Shown here piece after piece: positions 31,837 through 41,768 of a DNA stretch of 64,000 nt (positions within the stretch are counted from its first letter, which is position 1; the number at the start of each line of letters is the position of its first letter). The notes beneath the pieces were generated by a model. That model saw only the letters and a program-made list of their open reading frames with translations. It was not told the origin of the DNA and made no database searches. The stretch is from Coleofasciculus sp. B1-GNL1-01. Its GTDB lineage: Bacteria > Cyanobacteriota > Cyanobacteriia > Cyanobacteriales > Coleofasciculaceae. The position numbers were made by a program, and so were the translations under genes. The stretch lies in NCBI GenBank assembly GCA_040220235.1, contig JAVJTO010000071.1; one strand, 5' to 3'.

Positions 31837-32400
31837 GGATTAGGGCGGGTTTCATTTGTAGGGGCGGGTTTAGAGGCAAACTTAACCCACAAACCAATAA
31901 CCTTTGTGCAAAACCCGCCCTGCCCCCTATCACCACCCCGACATTTTTGGTGTGCGATCGCGGTTGAGAATCCGATAGGTTTTGTTATCCCCTTTCAGGT
32001 TGGGATTAGGGCGGGTTTTGTGGTTGAATTTGAGGTAGGTTTCCTCATGTAATCCCTAAACCCGCCCCTACATCTTTGGGATGCGATCGCGGTTGAGAAT
32101 CCGATAGATTTTGTTATCCCCTTTCAGGTTGGGATTAAGGCAGGTTTCATTTGTAGGGGCGGGTTTAGGGACAAACTTAACCCACAAACCAATAACCTTT
32201 GTGCAAAACCCGCCCTGCCCCACCTCTCACTACCCCTACATGTTTGGTGTGCGATCGCGGTTGAAAATCAGGTGGGTTTTGTTATCCCCTTTCAGATTGG
32301 GATTAAGGCAGGTTTCATTTGTAGGGGCGGGTTTAGGGACAAACTTAACCCACAAACCAATAACCTTTGTGCAAAACCCGCCCTGCCCCACCCTCTCACT
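31837..32400. repeat. Composite REP array (BIME-like) of alternating modules
   Basis: gtaggggcgggttt..aaacccgccc module at ~31858, ~32152 and ~32321 (variant at ~32008); HIP1-containing spacer module at ~31952, ~32082 and ~32249. Confidence 0.85.
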
Positions 32401-32412
32401 TATAATCACCTT

Positions 32413-32979
32413 TTACTCAATAGAGTAAAGATAAGATGAACCCGCTGGGCATCGAAGTCTTTCTTCTGAACGACTAGGCACTACCACTATTTCAGGCGGT
32501 TGAGTAGAGGGTTGGTCTGTTCCACAAATAGCATTTATTGTGATATTTTCACCATTTTCTTTAATTTCAAATACCACCCCGGTGTAACTTCTAAGTCCAG
32601 ATTCTTTAGCCTCCGCTGTAGCCATTACACCAGGTATTTGTTGGGGGGTGACAATCTGGTAGCGATAACTTTCTGTTTCTGGCGATATTCCCAGATTTAA
32701 TTCCTCAATTGAGCGAGCAAAAGTACCTGTTTCTAGATAGATCATTTGCTGCATTCGATTGATTGAACGAATATCTTTTTTGGCTTCAGCTTGTTTTGCT
32801 TTCGTTGCCTGATTCAGAAAAGAGGGTAATACAATTGCCGAAACTATACCTAAAATGATTAAACCCAAAAACAAGCAACCACAACCTGCAAATATCCATA
32901 GTATAAGAGGAAGCTTATTTTTCTTGGCAGTTGCCGTTGATTCTGCTGTCCAATCGCCTTCTGGTGGTGTTTGTGCCAT
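32413..32979 (-). CDS. Type IV pilin-like G/H family protein
   Basis: LPSFLNQATKAKQAEAK..INRMQQ..YLE..F and LRSYTG..IC motifs. Confidence 0.85.
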   Translation of the reverse strand: MAQTPPEGDWTAESTATAKKNKLPLILWIFAGCGCLFLGLIILGIVSAIVLPSFLNQATKAKQAEAKKDIRSINRMQQMIYLETGTFARSIEELNLGISPETESYRYQIVTPQQIPGVMATAEAKESGLRSYTGVVFEIKENGENITINAICGTDQPSTQPPEIVVVPSRSEERLRCPAGSSYLYSIE

Positions 32980-33084
32980 CGTGATAGTTCCCCCTGATTG
33001 AACCCGTGGGCAAGCTTAATCATGTCAGAGTATTCCCATCGACTCTATTTGTCAATACAACCCTACCTGAATTTTCACAGTTTG

Positions 33085-34395
33085 TTAGAGTAGACTCCGC
33101 GCCTTCAGTTGTAAATAGCGGTTAACCAACTGCTCACTAATTTGATTCGCAGGTGCATCTAATACCAACACCCCTTTTTGTTTCAATTGGGCAAAAGCTA
33201 CCTGACGCTGGGCAATTAAATCTAACGCAACCGCACGAGAGTAAGTTGCTTCTATATCAGAAGTCCGAGTGTGAGCAATAGTATCAACCAGTGGATCACG
33301 TAATGTCACACAAAAGGGTAAATAACGCGGCGTGAGGCGTCCCATGGCTGATAAGAGTTCAGCCGAAGCGGTTACATCAACAATATCGGTAATCAAAACC
33401 ACTAAAGCACGACGAGTTTGTTGATTCACTAATCGCGTCACCGCGCCAAAATAATCCGGTTCTAATAATACAGGTTGAATTGGCGTCAAACGTTCTATTA
33501 ATTTCGATAACTGATGCTGACCCCGTTCCGGTGGAATCCAACTCGTCACTTCTCGGTCAAACACACCAATTCCCACTCTATCGCCTCGATTTAATCCCGC
33601 CAAAGCCAGGGATAATGTCGCATTTAACCCCCAATCAAACCGCTTTAATCCCTGCACCTGCGCCGTCATTAACCGCCCTCGATCAAGTAAAATAATTAAC
33701 GTTTGCTCCCTCTCTGGTTCTAATACCCGGATTAACGGACGTGAACGGCGGGCTGTGGCTTTCCAATCGATAAGCCGAGTATCATCGCCAACGCCATACT
33801 CCCGGAGTTCTGCAAACTCGGTTCCCGCACCCAGGCGTCGCGCTCGGCGCATGGTTCCGGTATTTTCTAAAGTGAGGCGAATCGAGAGTTCTCGCAATCC
33901 CAACAAATCCGGATACACCGCCATCGTCTGACTCGCGGGGATTGTCCAATCCAGCCATGCTAATCCCCAGCGCCCCCGTTGGCGCACTTGAATATCTCCC
34001 CAGTGATACTCACCGCGACGTTTGGGATTAACGGTGTAGGTGAATTCCTGAGTGTGATTGGGTTCCAGTTGGGCGGAAAGAGTGGGTGTAGAGATGTCAA
34101 ACTCTAGTGGGTAATGATCACGCAGGCGAATTCGGGCAGATGACGATCGCGATCGCACCGATAGTACCACAGGATTATCCCGCCCGATGGATAATCGATG
34201 TAACGGATAGCGCGTCACCGTGACACGATGCGGTTTAACCCGTTGTCCATCCCAAACCGCTAAACTCAGGACAATCGCATCAAATCCCAGAGTTCCCCAA
34301 ATGCTGCTTGGCTGATTAAACACAACAGCCAGTAAAAGGGCGATTACCATACCCAGTAGCAGCAGCCAATAAAGACGTTGTGACGGAATAATCAT
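33085..34395 (-). CDS. DUF58 domain protein (MoxR-associated)
   Basis: GTEFAELREY..GDD.R.IDWKATAR motif; downstream of moxR. Confidence 0.92.
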   Translation of the reverse strand: MIIPSQRLYWLLLLGMVIALLLAVVFNQPSSIWGTLGFDAIVLSLAVWDGQRVKPHRVTVTRYPLHRLSIGRDNPVVLSVRSRSSSARIRLRDHYPLEFDISTPTLSAQLEPNHTQEFTYTVNPKRRGEYHWGDIQVRQRGRWGLAWLDWTIPASQTMAVYPDLLGLRELSIRLTLENTGTMRRARRLGAGTEFAELREYGVGDDTRLIDWKATARRSRPLIRVLEPEREQTLIILLDRGRLMTAQVQGLKRFDWGLNATLSLALAGLNRGDRVGIGVFDREVTSWIPPERGQHQLSKLIERLTPIQPVLLEPDYFGAVTRLVNQQTRRALVVLITDIVDVTASAELLSAMGRLTPRYLPFCVTLRDPLVDTIAHTRTSDIEATYSRAVALDLIAQRQVAFAQLKQKGVLVLDAPANQISEQLVNRYLQLKARSLL

Positions 34396-34504
34396 ATTAG
34401 TGTGTAGGGGCGGGTTTCACTATTATCGTTTCTTGCCTCACCCAGATGCAACTAAACCCGCCCTGACTAGGGTTTGAATTTTGAATTATTCATCGCCATA
34501 TCCA

Positions 34505-35455
34505 TCAACGCGGAACCGGAACCTGCTTCAATAACGACGCAATCACCCCATCAACCATCAACCCATCCAACTGCGCCTCTGGTTTCAAAATCAAACGATG
34601 ACGCAACAACGGCGGCGCCACCGCTTTCACATCATCCGGTGTCACATAATTCCGCCCCTCCAACCAAGCATACGCCTTACTCGTTTGTAACCACGTCGCC
34701 GTCGCCCTGGGAGACGCCCCTAATGCTAAATCTGCATGGTTACGTGAACCTGCCACCAATGCTAATAAATAATCCAATATTTTCTCATCCACCTCAACCC
34801 CTTGCACCGCTTTCCGCCCATTGATAATATGTCCTACGGTTGCCACAGGTTTGAGACGTTCCAAATCAAAACGTTTAGCCCGAAATCCCTTCTGCACATT
34901 CAGCAACATTTGCTTTTCGGCGGCGGTATCTGGGTAATCCACCACCAGTTTAAATAAAAAGCGGTCTAACTGGGCTTCGGGTAACGGATACGTTCCCTCA
35001 AATTCGAGGGGATTTTGAGTCGCAATCACCCAAAATAAGTCCGGTAACGGCAAACTTTCCCCATCTAATGTCACCTGCTGTTCTTCCATCGCTTCTAATA
35101 GCGCGGCTTGGGTTTTAGGCGGTGTGCGGTTAATTTCATCCGCCAGCAAAATCTCGGTAAAAACGGGTCCTTGTTTGAGGGTAAAACTGCGGCTATTCAG
35201 GTCAAAAATATTGGTTCCCAGAATATCCGAGGGCAAAATATCAGGGGTAAGCTGAATTCGCCGAAAATCGGCTTGCATTAATTTTGCTAGCACTTTCACC
35301 AGTAAAGTTTTTCCAGTTCCCGGTACACCTTCGATAATCACATGACCCCCACTCAGTAGGGCGACAAGTAATTGTTGTACGACAGTCGATTGACCCAAAA
35401 CAACTTTGCCCAGGGTTTGACTAATGCGATTAAAGATGGTATTGTCATTCGTCAT
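34505..35455 (-). CDS. moxR: MoxR-family AAA+ ATPase
   Basis: GVPGTGKT, DEINRTPPKTQAALLEAM and ATQNPLE.EGTYPLPEAQLDRF motifs. Confidence 0.95.
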   Translation of the reverse strand: MTNDNTIFNRISQTLGKVVLGQSTVVQQLLVALLSGGHVIIEGVPGTGKTLLVKVLAKLMQADFRRIQLTPDILPSDILGTNIFDLNSRSFTLKQGPVFTEILLADEINRTPPKTQAALLEAMEEQQVTLDGESLPLPDLFWVIATQNPLEFEGTYPLPEAQLDRFLFKLVVDYPDTAAEKQMLLNVQKGFRAKRFDLERLKPVATVGHIINGRKAVQGVEVDEKILDYLLALVAGSRNHADLALGASPRATATWLQTSKAYAWLEGRNYVTPDDVKAVAPPLLRHRLILKPEAQLDGLMVDGVIASLLKQVPVPR

Positions 35456-35656
35456 GTTTCAGGGAATAGGGAACAGGGAATAGGGAACAGGGAACAGGGA
35501 ACAGGGAATACGGGAATGTAGAGACGTAGCATGCTACGTCTCTACGTCGGGGCGGGTTTAGTCGTATCTGGGTGAGGGAAGAAAGGATAGTTGTCAAACC
35601 CGCCCCTACACATTTATGCGCCATGCCCTCGAAGGTTGTGAAGGGTCAGAACTTTT

Positions 35657-36778
35657 TTATAGTTCCGACCATTTTCTCAACCAGTTTAGCAAGTCAGATT
35701 CACTCAAACGGCGTTTGTTAGAGGAGACTTGCAGCAGTTGTTCTAAGTCTTTGGCGGGACGCCCTGTCTGTCGCGCCCAAGCCGCTACTAGGGATTGATG
35801 GTTGAGGGGAGTCTCTCCTAATCCTAAGTCTTTCTGGAGTTGTCGCTGTTCTGCTTTGCCCACCCTATCCACGATAAAGTCATGACTCCCAGCTTTGAGT
35901 AAGACAGCCGCTAGCGCCCGAATGTACGCTTCACTATTATCCACCACTGGGGCGGATAGAGTGACAGGTTGTCCAAAACGACGATTAGCCGCCAAAATCG
36001 CCACAAGTAGGATAACAATGCCTTGGATTAGCAGGGGAAATAGGGGGGTTTTGATTAAATAACTGATGACATTTTCGCCAACTTCGCGTTCGATTGCTTC
36101 TTTATCTTTGTAACCATGGATGTATTCATCAACCCATAGTTGATCGGCGTTGGCAGATGAGTTAATCGTTTCATTTCTAATTTTATCGCCTAGGTTTTCC
36201 TGGGTTACCAGTTTAGCCAATAGTTCATAATTGGCTGAAAAATCCTGATACGCATTGGCAGCGAAATGGGGAGTGGTGACGAAAATCACCTGTCCTTTTC
36301 CGCGTTTCTGTTGCCATATAATCGCGCCAAAGTTATCACGAAGAATGGCATCGTTGCTGGACTTATGTCGCCGCCTGGTGTCAATCTTAACGTTGCCAAC
36401 TGGACTATCTTGTCGGGTACTAAATGCCGCTTCAGTTACAGGTTGTTGGACACCAACGAGAACTAAAGTATTCCCTTGTTTAACCCAGTTGTCCTCGGTA
36501 CTCCCTAATTGATGCGGAACTAAACGGCTGTGAACGCGCAACAAGGTGACATCTTGGCGATCGCCCAATTCACTCAAAGGTTTTTGCCAGCGCTGGAGGG
36601 GAGTTCCCCGTTCTACCATAAATGTATACCAAGCGCCGTAGCCATCAGGGGCGCGGCTATAGGTTGAACCACTATTGAGTTTATTGTTTGCTGGTGCGGC
36701 GACTAGAGTAATCAGAACCAGAACCGCGATCGCGATCGCACTCAATACCCCTAACCGTCGTTTAGATACTCTCATCAC
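35657..36778 (-). CDS. DUF4350 domain membrane protein
   Basis: N-terminal TM; GSTYSRAPDGYGAW, VDEYIHG and RRFG motifs; typical MoxR operon member. Confidence 0.8.
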   Translation of the reverse strand: MMRVSKRRLGVLSAIAIAVLVLITLVAAPANNKLNSGSTYSRAPDGYGAWYTFMVERGTPLQRWQKPLSELGDRQDVTLLRVHSRLVPHQLGSTEDNWVKQGNTLVLVGVQQPVTEAAFSTRQDSPVGNVKIDTRRRHKSSNDAILRDNFGAIIWQQKRGKGQVIFVTTPHFAANAYQDFSANYELLAKLVTQENLGDKIRNETINSSANADQLWVDEYIHGYKDKEAIEREVGENVISYLIKTPLFPLLIQGIVILLVAILAANRRFGQPVTLSAPVVDNSEAYIRALAAVLLKAGSHDFIVDRVGKAEQRQLQKDLGLGETPLNHQSLVAAWARQTGRPAKDLEQLLQVSSNKRRLSESDLLNWLRKWSEL

Positions 36779-37392
36779 CCTTGATTAATTTGTTGATAGG
36801 CTTGCTGACACTCCTCAAACAGCGATCGCGAGGCTGGAGTCTGACTGAAACAAAGCTGTTGATGGGTGATCAGCAAGCGTTGATAGGCGCTAGACTGAGG
36901 GAACTGTTGGACTAAATGCAGATATTCGCCATCCGTGCGACTGGGTTGTTGGGGAACATGTCCACTATCATGTAACTGTTGCAACATAGCTCGATACAGG
37001 CACAGGCAAGCCTCACGGTAGTCACCTTGAGTTTGGCAGTTTTGCGATCGCGCCAACCAATCAGCAACGGATAAGGTTTTATCTGGGGTGGTTGTGAGTT
37101 TCTCAGATTGCTGATGCAATTGGTTTCTCCACGAATAAATATAAGGAGAAAACCGTCGCATGAGTTGTAGAGCAATCCAGCATACCAGCAAAGCAATCAG
37201 TACCCAAAAGATTACCCTAGCAATAAAGAACAGAACTGGCGAACTTAACCAAGCGGGTAAAGACCAACCGGAACCCCCTGGAAAATCCGGAGAAAATCGG
37301 GATAATTGGAGTTCCCACCATTCTCCCACTTGTTTTTGCCACTGCTGAAACTGCCAAGCCCAATTACTTTTCTCGTAAGATCCGGTAGACAT
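36775..37392 (-). CDS. DUF4129 domain protein
   Basis: TM helix then GDYREA..LY..L..SRTDGEY; stop overlaps the next start. Confidence 0.8.
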   Translation of the reverse strand: MSTGSYEKSNWAWQFQQWQKQVGEWWELQLSRFSPDFPGGSGWSLPAWLSSPVLFFIARVIFWVLIALLVCWIALQLMRRFSPYIYSWRNQLHQQSEKLTTTPDKTLSVADWLARSQNCQTQGDYREACLCLYRAMLQQLHDSGHVPQQPSRTDGEYLHLVQQFPQSSAYQRLLITHQQLCFSQTPASRSLFEECQQAYQQINQG

Positions 37393-37604
37393 GGTTTCTT
37401 TACCCGCTTCCCCATTGTGCTTATGCTTACTGTCCAGTCTTTCTCGAAAAACTGAAATGTTCTGGCATCACAGTCAAAACTTGCTGGCTTAACTGTAGCA
37501 TTTATCACGTTATATCATGTCCGACTCAACAGTCATAATTCCCTTTTGCCTTTCTAAGCAAACAAGCCACCAAATCGGCAATTGTGCAGAAAATGCCCAC
37601 AGCC

Positions 37605-37765
37605 CGAATGATTCAACGGCGTTCTTAATGACTGAATTTTATAAAAATCTGCAACAAAATATTGACAAAGCACAAGCTTTAAGGTTAGCGACGTTGACAA
37701 CTCAGCAAAGATATCCCGATCCGCTTCATTGGGCTGCTTTTACGTTAATTGGGGAGTCGGAATAA
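37605..37765 (+). pseudogene. C-terminal remnant of a CHAT (caspase-like) domain gene
   Basis: DSTAFLMTEFYKNL..KAQALR..PLHWAAFTLIGESE is the canonical CHAT tail; no catalytic region upstream. Confidence 0.75.
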
Positions 37766-37995
37766 TCAAGGGTTTGGGTTTGGTTATGTCCAATCGTCAG
37801 CCAAGCTCATACTAAGTTGCAGTCTAAGGTAGAATCTGTCATGGTTCGTGGAGTCCGGAGCGAAGCGGAGGAACGAAACGAAGCATCTGCGAAATCCTTC
37901 ACTTCGGAAAGAGGACAGGCTATATCAGGTACGGCAAAACCTTAAAGCACTGTTTGGTATAATAAATCAGCAAAAATAATTTTATTCCAGCGTTA

Positions 37996-39117
37996 GTGAA
38001 AACTGATAGTATCTTTTATAACCTATTTCGGACATTCCCCAGTATCTTATTTGAGCTGATTAACCGTCCTCCAGAAGAAGCCGCTAGCTATGAATTTACC
38101 TCCCGCGAAGTCAAACAGTTAGCCTTTCGCCTAGACGGTTTATTTTTACCCAAAACCAGCGAACCTGACAAACCTTTCTACCTCGTTGAAGTTCAGTTTC
38201 AGCCAGATAATTCTTTATACTACCGCATATTTGCCGAACTCTTCATCTTTTTAAGGCAATACCAGCCTTCCCATCCCTGGCAAGTTGTCGTCATCTATCC
38301 CAACCGAAGCATTGAACGAGAGTCAGCTTCGCAGTTTAATGAACTCTTAGCCCTGAACTGGGTGAGACGGATTTACCTGGATGAGTTAGAGGAAGCCACA
38401 GAACGCTCATTAGGGGTAGAAGTTGTTAAGCTTGTAATTGAGCCGGAAGAGACAGCCGGACAATTGGCAAGACAGTTAATCGAACAAGCACAGCAACAGC
38501 TAACCGATGAAACGCTTCAACGTGAACTCATTAATCTGATTGAAACCATTATTGTCTACAAACTACCGAAAAAAAGCCGCGAGGAGATAGCTGCCATGTT
38601 GGGATTAAGCGAGATTAAACAAACCCGATTTTATCAGGAGACTCAACTAGAAGTGAAGTTAGACACCATCCCCAGAATGATGTCAATGGGCTTGGGTTTA
38701 GAGCAAATTGCTTACGCGCTAGATTTACCTCTAGAGACCGTCAAAAAAACAGCCAATAAAGTTCGGCGAGAATATTTGTCGTCCCCTGAGCAAAATATCG
38801 ATGCTTTTATCGAATTATTAACCGAACAAGCTTCTCTATTTTCCGGAGACTACTTGGCTAATTTAGAGCAGTTATTGGCTCCTGTACCCGATGATATTGA
38901 AGCGCTATCAGCCGCGATTTCAGAATGGTGCGAACAACACCCTGAACTTGAAGAGGCGCAATTGAAACTTCTACCCGATAATTTAGAGAAAAAAGCACCG
39001 GGGAGCAAAGAAGGCAACGTCAAAACTGCTAACTATGAACTGAACAAACAAGCTCTCCTCAATGCCATTCAGCAAAGTGCTTCCTCAAAAGATTCTCAAT
39101 CATCCAACTCGGGTTGA
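37996..39117 (+). CDS. Rpn-family (DUF2887-type) PD-(D/E)XK nuclease with an extra C-terminal domain
   Basis: MKTDSIFY..F; SREVKQLAFRLDGLF..VEVQFQ; IETIIVYKLP..SREEI motifs. Confidence 0.9.
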   Translation: MKTDSIFYNLFRTFPSILFELINRPPEEAASYEFTSREVKQLAFRLDGLFLPKTSEPDKPFYLVEVQFQPDNSLYYRIFAELFIFLRQYQPSHPWQVVVIYPNRSIERESASQFNELLALNWVRRIYLDELEEATERSLGVEVVKLVIEPEETAGQLARQLIEQAQQQLTDETLQRELINLIETIIVYKLPKKSREEIAAMLGLSEIKQTRFYQETQLEVKLDTIPRMMSMGLGLEQIAYALDLPLETVKKTANKVRREYLSSPEQNIDAFIELLTEQASLFSGDYLANLEQLLAPVPDDIEALSAAISEWCEQHPELEEAQLKLLPDNLEKKAPGSKEGNVKTANYELNKQALLNAIQQSASSKDSQSSNSG

Positions 39118-39316
39118 TGAAAGTTGCTATAGCAACCGCCATAGTGGTTAGGACACATCATTTATGTAGGGACGTTGCATGCAACATCTCTACTGACATA
39201 GCTAAAATTGTGGGATAAATTTGACGGTTAACCCTGAGCGAAGTCGAAGGGTTAAACCGGGCGCACGTCGGTGCGCCCCTACAATTCCAATCAACCCATT
39301 AAGGTGTGCCACGCCA

Positions 39317-39396
39317 GTAGGTTGGGTTGAGGAACGAAACCCAACTCTCATCTCAGGTTTGTTTGTTGGGTTTCGCTATCGCTCTACCCAACCTAC
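39317..39396. repeat. REP doublet gtaggttgggttgaggaacgaaacccaac..gttgggtttc..acccaacctac
   Basis: GTAG-tailed inverted pair; second copy at 58464-58541. Confidence 0.8.
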
Positions 39397-39731
39397 ATGA
39401 GTGCTGTGTTGCCTGTTGCCTCATCTCAACCGTTAACCCTACATTCCGCAGATCCTGACGGACAGCATTAGGAAGGAATAAAAATTTTACTCCGACAAAG
39501 TCGGTTGATGGGGGAAATTGACATCGCGCATCAAGACAAAATTGGTTATTTTAGGGGATTGAGGGGATAGCGTGGAGGAGTGCGATCGCTCTCCCAAGGT
39601 TAGCCGCTAAAATATTTAGGGTAAATGGCGCTGACTGGTATGCTGGTGGGTTTCGACTTCGCTCAACCCACCCTACTAATTTTCAATCCCAAAGTCTGAC
39701 GTATAGCTAAAAAAAGGGGGGGTATGGACTA

Positions 39732-40652
39732 TTAAATTACTGCCTGAGGGTGTTGAGACCAAGACTGAATCACCTTGAGTGAGGTTGAATGGCGCGGTTG
39801 GGTTGCATGTCCCTGAGACTGAGCCGCTTTTTGAGCCGCCTGTAGTTCGGCTTGCATGACAATCATCTGAGACATGATGGTTTGCAGTTGCACCTGAAGT
39901 TGCTCAACGTCAGAGGTGCTAGGTGGGGTAACAGTTGATGCAGAAGAAGGAACTGATGTTTTGGGTTGATAACCCAGGAAGTTTTGAGCCGAGGCAAATT
40001 TCGCTGACGCTGTTTGGCTGCTAACTGGATGAGCAGTAGCGAGTTGGGTATGAAAGGGTTGTGTGGTGATGGTGAACGGAACACTCATCGGCTGTTCCTC
40101 AGATTTCACCACAGTAGGTGTTAGTGCAGGTTGCGGTTTAACAGTTTCTTCGACTAGAGGTTGAGCTTCATTTTCAGAAGGTGGAACGATTTCCGGTTCT
40201 GGTTTAACGGTTTCTTCAACCAGGGGTTGATCTTCGTTCTCAGAAAGCAGACCTGATTCTTGTTCGCCTTCTTTCTCTAAAAAATTATTGAGTCCAGCCG
40301 CTGCGAGTCGAGATTTAGAAAGTTTCAGTTCTTCTAAAAGTTGTTCCTTTTCTTGAAGATTTCGCTCTAAATCCGAAAGCTGTTCTTCGGCTTGGGCAGA
40401 TTTCTTAGACGATTGTCGCCACCCAGTTACAGCAATTGTCGCGATTCCCGTCCCTACACCTAAAACACTTGCCAATCCTAAGTAAGGCATCGCAACATCT
40501 CGGAGTTTTCCATGATGTACAGGCTCTTCTTGCAGTTGGATTGTGACCTCTTGATCTCCGAAGAACGCTAGAGGTAAAGTCAAAGCTGAGAAGACGGCGG
40601 TTGAAAGAATTATCGGCGTAAAGAGAAATTTCTTTAAAGGAGAGCCAGTCAT
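39732..40652 (-). CDS. Hypothetical membrane-anchored coiled-coil protein
   Basis: Two N-terminal hydrophobic segments, a coiled coil and an internal repeat SENE.QPLVEETVKP.P x2. Confidence 0.75.
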   Translation of the reverse strand: MTGSPLKKFLFTPIILSTAVFSALTLPLAFFGDQEVTIQLQEEPVHHGKLRDVAMPYLGLASVLGVGTGIATIAVTGWRQSSKKSAQAEEQLSDLERNLQEKEQLLEELKLSKSRLAAAGLNNFLEKEGEQESGLLSENEDQPLVEETVKPEPEIVPPSENEAQPLVEETVKPQPALTPTVVKSEEQPMSVPFTITTQPFHTQLATAHPVSSQTASAKFASAQNFLGYQPKTSVPSSASTVTPPSTSDVEQLQVQLQTIMSQMIVMQAELQAAQKAAQSQGHATQPRHSTSLKVIQSWSQHPQAVI

Positions 40653-41100
40653 GATTGATAAGTCCTAGTGACAATTTCCAGTATCAGTTGTGCGAAACAA
40701 GGCGTCTTTCTCAAATTTCACCAAATTGCAAATTGCCGATGCTGATTAAGCCAGTTGGCAGGAGAGATTGCTTGGGTGTGAATCGACTTGCCTTAGCTTG
40801 TTTACTAGATTAGCCAATTGTCTATCAAGTCCAGATAAAGTCCAAAAAAAACTCAGTGAAGTTCTGATGAACTTTTATTAACTTGTCATGGGTCATTGGT
40901 CATGGGTCATTTGTCAGAGAACAGTGAACAGTGAACAGTGAACAGTGAACAGTGAACACCTCGACTTAACTCGACTTACTTCGGCTTCGCTCAGTAACAC
41001 GCTCGGTAACACGCTCGGTGTGAACAGGTAAGGTAGAACTTTGAGTTAACTTCCCCTGCTCCCCCTGCTTCCCCTGCTCCCCCTGCTCCCCCTGCTCCCC

Positions 41101-41532
41101 TTAAACGCCAATATCTTCATTCCAGAGTTTGGGATGCTGTTGAATAAAGTCGCTCATCATCTGCTGGCACTCCTCTAGATTCAAATCCACAACCTCGACG
41201 CCATGGGATTCCATAAATTCCCTAGCACCAGCAAAGGTTTGAGACTCGCCAGCAATCACCTTTTTAATCCCAAATTGCACCACAGCCCCAGCGCAGAGGT
41301 AACAGGGCATTAATGTAGAGTAAAGGATTGTGTCATTGTAGTTGCCGATTCTGCCCGCATGACGCAGGCAATCAATCTCGGCGTGGGTGACAGGATCATT
41401 ATCTTGAACGCGCTTATTATACCCCTGACCAATAATCTGACCCTCTTTGACCAACACCGAACCAATGGGAATTCCCCCTTCCCGGAGTCCCTGCTTGGCT
41501 TGAGCGATCGCGGCTACCATAAACTCATCCAT
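41101..41532 (-). CDS. Zn-dependent nucleoside/cytosine deaminase
   Basis: HAE and PCYLC motifs; WNEDIG end like fungal-type cytosine deaminases. Confidence 0.9.
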   Translation of the reverse strand: MDEFMVAAIAQAKQGLREGGIPIGSVLVKEGQIIGQGYNKRVQDNDPVTHAEIDCLRHAGRIGNYNDTILYSTLMPCYLCAGAVVQFGIKKVIAGESQTFAGAREFMESHGVEVVDLNLEECQQMMSDFIQQHPKLWNEDIGV

Positions 41533-41768
41533 AGTCTTGCTATTCTAGAATTCCCTAAATTTCTATAGATTAGTACGTTTTCAGGATTTTCTCCGGATCG
41601 GATTATTGGAATTGGGGAGATGCAAACAGATGTTCTGAACCGCTATGACCGATTTCATAAACGGAACAAAAGGGTGGTAGGGATGTCAACCCCTAGTCCA
41701 TCGGTTCAGTCATCGGTCATCATCATAGTTTAGTGAATTAACATCTCATCACCAATTGGGAGTCAACA

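Noticed and set aside
31732..32428. Possible CRISPR array or repeat-protein ORFs
   Set aside because: The spacers are not unique, no cas genes are present, and the ORFs are REP read-throughs.
37838..37920. Possible ncRNA upstream of rpn
   Set aside because: It resembles a gagcgaagc-type REP palindrome; there is no independent evidence for an RNA gene.
41630..41730. Complementary segments (atgaccgat/atcggtcat, tgaaccg/cggttca) between the deaminase and amidase genes as a riboswitch
   Set aside because: I recognise no riboswitch consensus; an Rfam/covariation search would be needed.
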